Below the pieces are notes generated by a model. The model saw nothing but the letters and a program-made list of their open reading frames with translations, was not told where the DNA came from and ran no database searches. Positions 36,323-49,299 of a stretch of DNA of 64,000 nucleotides are shown here, one piece after another. Position 1 is the first letter of the stretch. Every line of letters starts with the position of its first letter. Location: contig NC_043000.1 in NCBI RefSeq assembly GCF_006345805.1, forward strand, positions 19,406,001 through 19,470,000, written 5' to 3'. The stretch comes from Octopus sinensis (Eukaryota). Both the position numbers and the translations under genes were made by a program.

Positions 36323-36740
36323 TCAATACTAGCAGAATTGATGATCTATCAAATTCCACAATCAAGAGCCCTTCACAGTTCACCTATCCACTTCCTCATT
36401 TCCTCGGAATATCACAATGGATCCATTATCCTCATTGTCATCATGTTCTACTGTTACCACCCTTACTACAACTAAACAATAGCAACAAGATCAGCATTAG
36501 AAATTACACTTCAATACTGGAACAATTGATGAATTATTAAACTCCTCAATCAAAAGTCTTTCACAGTGTAACTATCCACTTCTTCATTTCCTCAGAATAC
36601 CATAACTGGCCCATCATCATTATTGTCAGCATGTTCTACTACTACTACCCTTCCACATCTAAACAATAGCAACAACAGGATATGAATTGGCTGTCATTTT
36701 CCAATACTAGAACAATAGATGGTATATTAAACAGCACATT
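36323..36740. repeat. Diverged tandem repeat, unit about 188-190 bp, about 2.2 copies
   Basis: (T/C)CAATACT starts at 36323, 36511 and 36701; shared CTATCCACTTC, CATGTTCTAC and CTAAACAATAGCAACAA. Confidence 0.75.
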
Positions 36741-36869
36741 CCCTAGCTCTTCTCCTAGCTCTTTGAGTCAGGCCACTCAAATTCTTTTCAGAATAACACA
36801 AGAGGTCCATCATCATCATTGTCGTCCTATTCCACTACTTCTTTCTCTCCCATACTGTTCACCTCAATC

Positions 36870-37300
36870 TGAATGTATACCTGACAACTCCATGATAAGT
36901 ATACCAACTCTAAGTATACCATACGGGATTCAGGAGTAATCATGTAAAATGATACATCTTTCATTAGCCACGTCACCAAACTGACCTTTAAATGCAGACA
37001 TCTCATAGGATGGATTATAGAAACCTTCGTGGTAAGTGAACCAGTAGTTGGGCTACCTCTATGGAAAACCTGAGTTCTGAGCAGGTTAAATTACTGCTCA
37101 AAGTTTTGGTCTCCTGACTCATCCAGTCTCATAGAAGAATTGAAGGGTTGCAAAGAACGTTCACCAGTAAAACCCCTTCGGTTAAAAGCCTTAACTACTG
37201 CGAATATTTGAAAGCGTTGCATCTCTACTACCTTGAATGCCGAAGAGAGAGATACATACGTATAGAAAATCCAGTTCCTAAGCTTCAGCATTTGAAAGAA
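36870..37300 (+). mobile_element. Degenerate CR1/L2-group LINE fragment (post-RT region)
   Basis: D.GVIM..D.SF.SHV..L..KC..L.GWI..TF and CS.FWSP....IEEL..LQRTFTSK...KSLNY.E.LKALHLY.LE.RRERY. Confidence 0.75.
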
Positions 37301-37530
37301 TTTTAGTACACGAACTGTTAGATACTATCAGCTTCCAAATATACCATACTTAGACTTATATATTTATATACATATATAAATACATATGTGTATGCATTTA
37401 ATATTATTATTAATTTAAGTGTGACATACCATTTTATTGTACGTGCAACTGTACGTATGTCTATCAATTCATCCATCCATCCATCCATCCATCCATCCAT
37501 CCACATCCATCCATCCATCCATCCATCCAT

Positions 37531-37563
<33 letters not shown>

Positions 37564-37571
37564 TATCTATC

Positions 37572-37602
<31 letters not shown>

Positions 37603-37649
37603 GGGGAAAGAAGAGAGAGAGGAGGGTAAAAGAAGAAAATATTATACAT

Positions 37650-38048
37650 AGGCGCAGGAGTGGCTGTGTGGTAAGTAGCTTGCTTACTAACCACATGGTT
37701 CCGGGTTCAGTCCCACTGCGTGGCACCTTGGGCAGGTGTCTTCTGCTATAGCCCCGGGCCGACCTATGCCTTGTGAGTGAATTTGGTAGACGGAAACTGA
37801 AAGACGCCTGTCGTATATATATAAATGTATGTGTGTGTATATGTCTGTGTTTGTCCCCCTAGCATTGCTTGACAACCGATGCTGGTGTGTTTATGTCCCC
37901 GTTACTTAGCGGTTCGGCAAAAGAGACCGATGAATAAGTCCTGGGCTTACAAAGAATAAGTCCCGGGGTCGATTTGCTCGACTAAAGGCGGTGCTCCAGC
38001 ATGGCCGCGGTCAAATGACTGAAACAAGTAAAAGAGTAAAAGAGAGTA
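37650..38048 (+). mobile_element. SINE family A
   Basis: Homology to the other copies. Confidence 0.9.
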
Positions 38049-38843
38049 TACAGATTCCTCGTAATGAAAAGCTGAATAAAAATTAACCATCAATTAATGG
38101 TACATACCCTATTTGATACTTTAATACTTAACCTGGAATAAATTTAATTTCATACGGCGTGATCATAATTATTATTCATTTTTTCTTCTTTTGTGTCACT
38201 GAAACTTAAACAGTATAAGATTTGTGTCTAGGATAGGGATAATTTCTTTTTCATTTTTTTTTTTGCCAAATATAAGGGAGGTTACATGTATTCAAGCAAA
38301 ATGCGAGAAGGGTGAGTTTGCACTCCATTACATTCTACTTGACGTAAATCTACAAAAGGTTCTTGTTCTGCGACACGTTTCTTATTTTGTTATAGCTAAC
38401 AGATATCGGTGTTTAATGCCCTTACGTTGACCCTAACCGAAAAGCCATTTTAGGAGAAATTAGTGAATATTAGGATAAAACTAAAATGAAATATAAACGT
38501 GAGACAGCAGAAAAATAAGTGTCAACATATGTATTGATAAACTGATAAACTATTGAATTATTCTCTTTTCAAATGTCACTAAACATTCACCACGTATACA
38601 AATTATAAATTGAGTTTTGAATGTAATATTCAGCTGTTAACTGTATATCAGACATGACTTTAAGTATACAAGTAAAAATTATTTCCAATACATACTAACG
38701 TGCGAAAAATTATGACGTCTGTTATCCACACGTACATTGCGTGCAAATAATGTATAAACATATCATATATTTACTATTGTATTAAATAGTTATTTTCAAG
38801 TGTATACATGCTTATATGAGAAACTGTAATGCATACAAGAGAG

Positions 38844-38877
<34 letters not shown>

Positions 38878-38969
38878 CAGACAGATAGACAGATAGACAG
38901 AGTGTGTGTATTTGTGTGTGCGTACATACATATAGATATAGATGTACATAATAATACTTATATACATAT

Positions 38970-39011
<42 letters not shown>

Positions 39012-39167
39012 TAATAAATAAAACATATGCATATATATATATATCATATATTTACTACCTACCTATACATGTATATATACACGCATATATGAGTACAGGA
39101 CACCAAAATAAAAACGTCCAACACAATGAGAAACGAAAACATAGACACAAACCCAAGGAACTGGACA

Positions 39168-39459
39168 TTTATGAGTTTTGGCTCTCTTTCTAAATATAAT
39201 AACGTTTGTGTTTATATGTGTGTGTGTGCGTTTGTGTGTGCGTGTCTTTGTGTTTGTGTTTATCTCTCACCACCGCTTGACAACGGGTGCTAGTGTGTGC
39301 TTACATCCCCGTGACTTAACGGTTTGGCAAAAGAGACCCATAGAATAAGTACCAGAGTGTAAAAGATACTGGGGTCGATTAATTTTAACAACTGAAATAG
39401 ATAAGAGATAAAAGATAATTTCTTAGGAATCTTATACAAACGGAGCTCAGTTTACAATT
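39168..39459 (+). repeat. ~295 bp local duplicate (second copy 45557-45856) containing a SINE A remnant plus non-SINE flanks
   Basis: Direct repeat; the last ~79 bp are identical. Confidence 0.85.
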
Positions 39460-39800
39460 GTGCCTCTCCTCTTTTCTTCCTCTTTCTCTCTCATACAGAC
39501 ACACATAGTATATATACGACGGGATTCTTTCGGTTTCCGTCTACCAAATACATTCACAAGACTTTGGTCAGTCTAAGGTTATAGTAAAAGACATTTGCCC
39601 AAGGTGCCAAGCAGTGGGACTGAAACCCTGAACTATGTGGTTGGGAGGCAAGTTTATTAACTCACAACCACGCAACATTTTTGATTGGAAAGACATTGAG
39701 ATTGTTGCAGTTACAGAGAGGAGAAGAATTTCATTAATTCGTAATAAAATTATTTATTTTATAAGAGCCTTGTAGTTCGCTTGAAGCATTGTAATATCAA

Positions 39801-40039
39801 AGAAGGTAAAAAAAGAGAAAAAGAGAAAGCTTCTCACAATGCGTGAAGTTTTATAAAACCTTTATATTTCAGGCACAAAGACCCATCTTCAAGAAGAAAA
39901 CAGTCTGGCGAGCATACATAACTGGACAGTTCTCAGACTGTTTTTCTTCTGAAGATGGGCCTCTGCACCTGAAATGTAAAGGTCTTTTATAACTTTCCGT
40001 ATTACCAGAAGCTTTCTATTTTCTCTCTTTTTACCTTCT
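39801..40039. mobile_element. Palindromic (fold-back) non-autonomous element with a hammerhead-like motif on each strand
   Basis: Arms 39801-39907 and 39934-40039 are inverted, roughly 80% identical by eye; second copy at 49904-50140. Confidence 0.75.
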
Positions 40040-40441
40040 TCGATTTGTATTATGTTAACTGCCTATGGTAGTAGTGTAGTATGTTCTAGCGTGCTCATTC
40101 TTCTGTTAGACTCGATACTTTGATAACTGCGTATATATATTTTAAATATGTACTACTAAGCTAATAGTTTAATGTGCTAATTAGATTTAATTACGAGATA
40201 TTTAATATCTCAATAATCTGAACTAGATATTATTTTTTCGCCTTCTTCATCGAGTTTTTTTTATCCTTCACACATGAAATGTTTCTGATTATTCGTAGAA
40301 AGTTTATCTTATTTCAGCCTTAACCATACCTATGTGTGTATATGTGTGTGTATGTGTGTGTGTATACACATATAGTCATACACACGCACGCATATATGTG
40401 CATATAAATATACGTGTAACGTGTGTGTGTGTGTGTGTATG

Positions 40442-40475
<34 letters not shown>

Positions 40476-40794
40476 TGTATGTATGTATGTATGCATGTAT
40501 GTATGTATGTATGTATATGTGTATATATATATATATTTATACACACGCGCATGCAGATATGTTTTGAAATTTATTGATAATGTCGATTTGATTGGAATAT
40601 TAGGTCTGCTTTAACGGTGTGTTTAACTAGTGTTGTTATAAAGAATAAACTCACAGTTTGTGTATACATCAGGCAACCTTTCAGAAATAGTGGATGTTAT
40701 CCTAAGAAGGGAATACTTATATGTGGCCAACGATTTGGGTAACGTGATGGAAATTAGGGAATGGGTGGCCAAAACTTACGAGAAAGAATAAAAC

Positions 40795-40846
<52 letters not shown>

Positions 40847-41231
40847 AAAAGAAAGAAAGAGAGAAAGAAAGAAAGAAAGAAAGAAAGATGGAGAGAGAAA
40901 AATGTAAGGTAACCATTGTAAGGATGAGAGAGGTACAGAACAAGACGTGAGGGTATCGCGCCCAGGAATTATAATTTATCTCAGCTTGTAGCATGTGTTC
41001 TGTTATACAACTTTGTTTCGAGAATTTTAAATCTCATAAGGCGGTGTAAGAAGTCAGGACCCTTCTGCTACATATAGGTACATGCGACTGAATATAAAAC
41101 TGCCCGGTACAGTCAAATGTACAGGAGAAAAAGAAACCAAAAATGCAACAGAGGTTTTTGCACCCAATTGGATAAAACTATGTTACAAACAAAGACTAGC
41201 TCAAATTGCTTGATAGGAAATTAATTTATTT

Positions 41232-41619
41232 TCTATTTTTTACTTGTTCCAGTCATTAGACTGTGGCCATGCTGAGGCACCGCCTTGAATTTTGAATCGA
41301 ATGAACCGGCCTCAGTACTTATATTTTAAGCCTGGTACTTATATTATCGGTCCCTTTTGCCGAACCGCTAATTTACGGGGACGTAAACACACCAACACCG
41401 GTTGTCAAGTGGTGATGGGTATGCAAACACAGACACATACATATAGATATATATACGACGGGCTTCTTTCAGTTTCCGTCTACCAAATCCACTCACAAGG
41501 CTTTGGTCGGCTTGAGGCTATAGAAGAAGACATTGTCCAAGATGTCACGCAGTGGAACTGAACCCGGAACCACGTGATTGGGGAGGCAAGCTACTTACCA
41601 CACAGTCATGCCTGCGCCT
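41232..41619 (-). mobile_element. SINE family A, diverged
   Basis: Reverse-complement homology. Confidence 0.85.
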
Positions 41620-41630
41620 ATGTTAGGGAC

Positions 41631-41871
41631 TTAAAAAAGAAATGTTCCTTCTCGAGTCATGCCAGGTTCATAAGGGCCGGTTTCCCGGTTTCAGTGGCGT
41701 AGAAATTCCCCACCTGGACGGGACGACGGTCCGTCGCAGCTGAGTGGACTGGAGCAACGTGAAATGAAGTGTTTTGCTCAAGAACACAACGCATCGCCCG
41801 GTCCAGGAATCGAAACCACGACCTTACGATCATGAGTTCAACACCCTAACCACTAAGCCACGCGCCTCCAC
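41631..41871 (-). mobile_element. tRNA-derived SINE family D with 11 bp TSD
   Basis: TSD ATGTTAGGGAC at 41620-41630 and 41872-41882. A box TGGCTTAGTGG, B box GTTTCGATTCC. Confidence 0.9.
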
Positions 41872-42277
41872 ATGTTAGGGACATAAATACTCTTTAATAA
41901 GAGACGTACGTACTCCAGAAAATTGATCGTAATTGGACATGTTCGTGCGCGTGTATATATGTATGTGAGTATAGTTCAGAACAAAATTTCAAGTTAACGT
42001 TCTGTTTATTGAACTAAAGACTGTAAATTGCATCAAACTGAAAGCAAATTCTAGGAGAACTAGATTAATTGATTGAGTGTATGTTAGCAACATCACATGA
42101 TCGTTCAAATTTTTCTCAAATAGAATAACGTCCGTTGCTCCTGTAAATGTACAAGGATATACATATGCACATACGTGCAAGCATACATATATATATACGT
42201 ACATATACGCATACATAAATACATGTACACACACACATACACACAATACATATAGACAGACAGACAGACAGACAGAC

Positions 42278-42343
<66 letters not shown>

Positions 42344-42644
42344 ACACAATGGAATCATAATTTGTTTACCATTGATTTAATACGGAAAGGAAATTAGCTC
42401 CAGTTTTGAAATTAAAACATATTCAGATTGAATAAAACAAAAAAAGAGTAATTCACATCAACAAATGAATAATACACACACATAAACACATAACTGACCA
42501 TTCAATAAGTGGCTGTGTGTGTGTGTGTGCGTGTATGTGTGTGTGTGTGTGAGTGTATATGTGTGTGCGTGTGTGTGAGTGTATGTGTGTGTGTGTGTGT
42601 GTGAGTGTGTGTGTGTGTGCGTGTCCGTGTGTGTGCGTGTGAGT

Positions 42645-42675
<31 letters not shown>

Positions 42676-43350
42676 AGTGTGTGTGTGTGTGTGTGTGTGT
42701 TGTGTGTACGTGCGCGCGCATGTGTTTGTGTATAGTATGTATTTCAACTTATACTCTGGTACTTCGCTCCTGATTTTGTTATTAATAACACTAAGAGCAC
42801 AACATATACACTAATGTCGCTTTCGACATTTTTTCTTTTTTTTTTTTTATTTTATTTTGTGCCTCTGGTACTTTTGAATAATAAACTATAAGATGATTCA
42901 TTCGAAACCCATATTTTTTACACGAGTTGATAATGCCAGCAATACAGCCTTGAACCAATTCCACTTTCACTCTAGAAGGGACCATATCATTGTTGGGTAA
43001 GAAAAAAAAATAGAATTGAAGTATAAACTGAGTTGAGGAATAATCTTAAGCTGACATTTCCACCCAATGCAGACATCTAAGACTATATTATCAAAGTGAA
43101 ATTGTCACGTCTTACAGCTGCCGACCTGTTTCGTTAGACGTCGATTATTATTTATTTCATCCAGTTTTATCAGAATCACATTATATTCAGGCGAGGATTA
43201 GTTATACAATTGAACAGATCAAATCTCGCCTTTTTTCTTTCTTTTTTCATTATTTTATAGCGGTGGTGGTTGTGGAGTTCTTGTTTAAGAGAACGTTTAT
43301 CAGTTAGTGTTCTTCTAAATTATTACGCACAAAACCTGAGTGAAATATAT

Positions 43351-43749
43351 TTATGTTTATGTTTTCCAGTTTCAGTCAGTTGACTGCGGCCATGCTGGAG
43401 CACCGCCTTTAGTCGAGCAACTCGACCCCAGGACTTCTTCTTTTTTTTTTTTGTAAGCCCAGTACTTATTCTATCGGTCTCTTTTTGCCGAACCGCTAAG
43501 TGACGGGGACGTAAACATACCAGCATCGGTTGCTAGGGGGACAAACACAGACACACAAACACACACACACATATATACATATATACGACAGGCTTCTTTT
43601 AGTTTCCGTCTACCAAATCCACTCACAAGGCATTGGTCGGCCCGGGGCTATAGCAGAAGACACTTGCCCATGGTGCCACACAGTGGGACTGAACCCAGAA
43701 CCATGTGGTTGGTTAGCAAGCTACTTACCACACAGCCACTCCTGCGCCT
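43351..43749 (-). mobile_element. SINE family A with an internal deletion
   Basis: Reverse-complement homology. Confidence 0.88.
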
Positions 43750-43779
43750 ATGATTATTTTTATTATTAAAGCAATATAA

Positions 43780-43963
43780 AAATGGTTGCAACCTCGTGGC
43801 ATCTCGTCCGTCTTTACCTCCGAGTTCAAATTCTGTCGAGGCTGACTTTGCGTTTCATATTTTCGGGATCGATAAAAGAGAGTACCAGCTGAGCACTGGG
43901 ATCAATGAAATTGACTTCCCTACTCCTCTGAAATTACTGGCCTTGCGCCAAAATTTGAAACCA

Positions 43964-43975
<12 letters not shown>
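43780..43975 (+). mobile_element. SINE B2 with tail expanded into (TTG)n/(GTG)n
   Basis: Central block and B2 tail. Confidence 0.75.
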
Positions 43976-43998
<23 letters not shown>

Positions 43999-44214
43999 GG
44001 TGGTGATGGTGGTGGTGATGTTCCCTCTGCCAGTCGGATTTTGTGGTCGGTGGATGTCCCACCATGGCATTCTACAGAGGATTAGTGGCGAACAAGCGCG
44101 ATGACGTTCATGGGGAGACTCTAGGCGTCTACAAGATGCAACGACAACAGCAGCAGCTGCAACAGTGACAGCAGCCGCCGCCGCCGCAGCAGCAGCAGCA
44201 GCAGCAGAAGCAGC

Positions 44215-44255
<41 letters not shown>

Positions 44256-44289
44256 TAGTAGTAGTTAGCGAGAGAGCAGTGCATACCAT

Positions 44290-44606
44290 CAAAGTGATAC
44301 TGGGCTAAAATATACGAAGCCCAGAATACCCATCATGATTATCCATCTGACAAGGGTGCACCAGGCACATGCATCACAACCATATGTGTGTGACATGGTG
44401 ATCTCATACCAAGATAAACAGCACATGACCTTGCAGGTGTGGCCCAGTTTGAATTTTCTTCTGTTTGAGTAGCCCATCCCGCTCAAAAGGTCCCTGAATA
44501 AGGATTATTTAAGGATGTTGAACGAAACACCCATGTTTCCAAAGGTGAATTATTCAAACCCCAAAGAATCCCTCTCAACACATGGCTATGATGCTCCCAC
44601 ACTACT
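44290..44606 (+). mobile_element. Unclassified interspersed repeat fragment (possibly continued at 45855-45983)
   Basis: Recognised as a recurrent LINE-3'-like sequence; continuity with the 45.9 kb piece is from recollection and unverified. Confidence 0.35.
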
Positions 44607-44613
44607 TTTGCGC

Positions 44614-44648
<35 letters not shown>

Positions 44649-44668
44649 GTGTGTGTGTGTGTGCGTGC

Positions 44669-44699
<31 letters not shown>

Positions 44700-44706
44700 T
44701 GTGTAT

Positions 44707-44772
<66 letters not shown>

Positions 44773-46129
44773 TTTATGTGTGTGTACTCAGCTGGTACTT
44801 ATTCTATCGACTCCGAAAGGTTGAAAATCAAAGTCGACTTCGGCGGAATTTGAACTCAGATAGTAAAGACGGACTAAATGTCGCCAAACATTTTGCCCGG
44901 CATGCCATCGGTTCTGCTAGTTACCGCATTTATAGTAATATTAAATGAAAAAGAACATCACTAATTATAGCCGTTTAGGTACAAACCATTCGATCGAATT
45001 TAATAAAGGTAATGATTGATAAATCTCAGTCAGGGAGCAAATATGGGACCCGTGAAAAAGAAGATGAAAGTAAAAATATGTTGAAGTAAAATTCTTTTCA
45101 AAATACTCAAGTGACCGACATTACGACAGATTACAGAAGCTGAAGATAAGCACGAGAGAGATCTCAGCCGCACATGTTATATGAAGAACAAATGGGTTAA
45201 CAAACTAACTCTGCTAATAACAAATCACCACTATAATTGTAGAGGAATACGAATAAAATAAGTTCAAAACAAATATAGTCAACTAAAACAGTTTTGATAA
45301 CAGCAAAAAGTGGGTAAGTAAACAAAAACTTCATCAGCTTGCATATGTTTTACTATTGAAATTTAAAAACTATAATAAATGAGTTTTAAATCCCAGACTA
45401 AGCATTTAAGAGTGAAATATGCATACCCATTGAGAAAACTGTGGATCTTCGTGAGGGAAAAGAATATGGGAGACATAAACAAACATCAACTGTTTTGGGA
45501 AAGGAAAGAGAAGCGAAATATAGACAAACAGCAATCGATGAGTTTGCTTTGTAGGTTTTATGAGTTTTGGCTCTCTTTCCAAATATAACAATGTTTGTGT
45601 GTTTACATGTGTGTGTATGTGTTTGTGTGGTTGCGCGTGTATATTTGTGTATCTTTGTGTTTGTGTTTATCCCTCACCACCGCTTGACAACAGGTGCTAG
45701 TGTGTGCTTACATCCCCGTGACTTAACGGTTTGGCATAGAATAAGTACCAGAGTGTAAAAAATACTGGGGGTCGATTAATTTTAACAACTGAAATAGATA
45801 AGAGATAAAAGATAATTTCTTAGGAATCTTATACAAACGGAGCTCAGTTTACAATTCGTCAGCTACTAAGGGACATGCTCAACTGGTTAAGGTCAAACAA
45901 CTGACAAGCAAATCTGTGGTATTGACCGGAATATTTGCTGTAACCCATCTTTTATACCAAGACAAAACAATGTACATGATAACATTTATTCACGTTCTGA
46001 ATTCAAATTCTGCCGAGGTCGACTTTGCCTTTCATCTTTTCGGGATCGATTAAGTACCAGTGAAAAACTGGGGTCGATGAAACCTAATATCCCCCTCCCC
46101 CAAATTTCAAGCCTTGTACCCACAGTAGA

Positions 46130-46179
<50 letters not shown>

Positions 46180-46200
46180 TATTATTATTATTATTATTAT

Positions 46201-46281
46201 ATGTTTGACTTTTGCTTTGTATTTGTACAAGTTGGCTCCAAGCTTCACCCAGAGTCCTCAAGAGACAAATTAGAAGTTCAT
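46201..46281 (-). mobile_element. R4/Dong-like 3'UTR-only insertion inside (TAA)n
   Basis: CTCTTGAGGACTCTGGGTGAAGCTTGG motif parallels the other R4/Dong 3'UTRs; (ATT)n on both sides. Confidence 0.6.
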
Positions 46282-46285
46282 ATTA

Positions 46286-46324
<39 letters not shown>

Positions 46325-46325
<1 letters not shown>

Positions 46326-48363
46326 TTTTTTTTTCTTCTTTCAAATTTGCTTCCATTTCTTGCCGAGTGTCTTCCCGACTCCTAGGGCAAAGAAACTCAT
46401 AGTATTCCTTGGTAGGCCATTAAACCAAACTCAATAGTTCGTTCATTTTTTTTTATTTTTTTTTTTTTAAGTTAAATTAAAATACATGAGCAGCAACAAT
46501 TCTCACATCGACAATGCTCTTCTCAATACATGTGATGTACCAGTTAAGACAATCTTTTGCACTTCTTGCAGGGATGATAAGCCAGGGATCATTCTCATAT
46601 AATTTTCGGTTCCCTTCTTGATCATTCCTAGTGCTCCTACGATCACTGGTATTGTAACCGCCTTGAGATGCCACATTTCTCAATTTCAATGAGTAGGTCT
46701 TTATATTTTCTGAGCTTGTCAAACTCTTTCGCTGAGATATTATGATCACAGGGGATGCTCATGTCGATCAATAAGCAAACTTTATTGTTTTGGTCTTTCA
46801 CAACAATATCTGGTTTATTGGCCTTGATGGTTCGGTCTGTATGTACTGGAAAGTCCCACAGAATGGTTACATTTTTTCCTTCAGTTACAGCCTCAGGGTG
46901 GTGATTATACCACTTGTCGGCAGTTTTGATATTGTAATGCCGACTTATTAGCCAGTGTAGATTTGGCCAACTCTGTCATGTCTTAATTTATACTCCACTG
47001 GTGCTAAGACTTTACATCCAGAAATTAGATGGTCCACTGTTTCAATCATGTCGTTGCAGAATCGGCATTTGGGTCTGCTCCATTTTTCATCACATTGGCC
47101 TGGTAGTTCCGGGTTAATAGGCTTTGATCTTGAGCAGCCAGGATGAAACCTTCACTCTCTGCTTTTAGCCCTGAGCTCCGTAGCCACTGATGGGTTTGCT
47201 TCTGGTCAACATCAGCTTGTTTGCTGCGGGTCACATATTTGCCGTGCAGAGGTTTCTCCTCCCACCTATCAGCCAATTGCTCGTGCGCTTTTTTCGTTGC
47301 CATCATTTTCACCTTCTTTGCAACAATAGTTGCCGTACTTCCCTCGGGTTGTTCAGTTTGGGTATCCTGCACGAGATCAATAGCAAATTTTTTGCTTTCC
47401 TTTATGATAGAATGAAGCTTCTTTCGTCTCTCGTGATTTTCCACGAGCTTTAGCATCCAGTCATTCGATATTTCGAGATATTTGGCCAGTCCAATTGTGG
47501 TTGTTTTGTAAGCTAGTTCAAATTGGATCAGGCCTCGACCTCCTTGGGCTCTGGGAAGGTAAAGGCGATCTACGTCTGCCTTTGGGTGGTGCATCCTATT
47601 ACAACTCAGCAGCTTGCGTATTTTCCTATCTATATTCTTTACTTCACTCATATTCCAGTTCAACACATTATAGCTATAAGTAACAACTGGAACTGCTAAG
47701 GAATTTATAGCTAACACCTTGTTACGTGCATTTAGTTCAGATTTCAGGACTGCACGAACTCTCCTATAACATTCCTTCCTGATCTTCTCTTTCATGCTTG
47801 CATGCTGAATACCAGAGCCTTCATTTATCCCTAAATATTTGTATGTTTGTTCTTGCTCAAGCTCTCTTATGACTGTGTCAACATCTAACACGACTGAATC
47901 TGTGGTCTTCACTTTCCCTTTCTGGAAAGTGGCCTTGGCACACTTCTCAAGTCCAAACTCCATCCCGATGTCATCGCTGAATGCTTTCACGGTGCGCAAT
48001 AGGCCTTCAAGTTCATTATTGTCTTTACCATAAAGTTTTAAGTCATCCATATAAAATAGATGGCTTATTTTTTTATTGGCAATTTTATACCCATACCCTG
48101 TTTTGTTTAATTCACTTGTAAGGGGTATTAGGGCTATGCAGAATATTAAAGGTGAAAGTGAGTCACCTTGAAAAATTCCACAGTTGATGTTTATATTTTC
48201 TGAGGCAAGTACTCCATTAGAGTGGTATAATTGGAGATTCGTATTCCACAACGACATATTGTGCTTCAGGAAGTTTGAAATCACAGGGGAAATTTTGAAG
48301 ATGTCCAGCGATCTCAAGATCCATGGATGCGGTATACTGTCGAAGGCCTTTTTATAGTCAATC
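46325..48363 (-). mobile_element. 5'-truncated R4/Dong-like LINE (RT, CCHC knuckle, RLE endonuclease, 3'UTR) inside (TAA)n
   Basis: IDYKKAFDS, GIFQGDSLSP, HLFYMDDLKLY, FGLEKCA; C-x2-C-x8-H-x4-C (CRFCNDMIETVDHLISGC); KPD...IDMSIP...KY...HVLRRALSM, stop at 46503-46505. About four 1-nt frameshifts. Confidence 0.93.
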
Positions 48364-48369
48364 CTTACC

Positions 48370-48370
<1 letters not shown>

Positions 48371-48434
<64 letters not shown>

Positions 48435-48450
48435 GTTATTATTATTATTA

Positions 48451-48487
<37 letters not shown>

Positions 48488-48506
48488 GTTATTATTATTA
48501 TTATTA

Positions 48507-48556
<50 letters not shown>
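48371..48556. repeat. (ATT)n microsatellite
   Basis: Directly visible. Confidence 0.95.
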
Positions 48557-49299
48557 GTTATGCTGTAGTTGTTTACAAGGCAGTTATTATAAGAGAGCAA
48601 TGCAGTTTATTGGCTCAATCCAGTATCTTCTTGTTTCATCATTTTTAAAACAAATTTATGACAACAGAGGAATAAAAGACGACTGTAATGTAACGAACTA
48701 GATACAACGAACCATCATGTCTGGAGAGATTTAGTTTTGGCCTTATAATTGCCCATTAATACAAATGATAGCATCATGAACTAAAATGATAGCATTTGTT
48801 TCCCTTAGGTACGAGGCCAGTTTTGTAAAGACAGTAAAAGTATTCATTTGAGATGACCACTGTACACGATCTTTGGTAGTGCCGTGGGACCTCCATGGAT
48901 ATCTAGAAGCTTTCCATTATTTCCTGGCTGGAAACTCTCTGGAATTGACCGATCGACTGATTTATATTGAGCTCCAGTTTTCCTTGAGGTATCACAGCTC
49001 TTGCCCGGGACTGCTCTCTGGAATGCAAGGGTGGATGTACCACTGGCCCCTTTTTATGTCTGCTACAGAATGGCGAGTATCCCAGACACCAGGCACGCAG
49101 TATGATGTAGAACAATATCAAAGAGTCGAACTGAAGGCAACCGTGCATCATATACTGTTACCATGTTGACTGTCCAGGAATATCTGTAGATACCTCAGTA
49201 ACAATACATGGCTGTGAATTATAAATCACTACATACCGAACCCTCTGCGTTGATGTTGCTGGTAGTAGACTAAATTCCTTACTTGTGGATTACGTCCCT

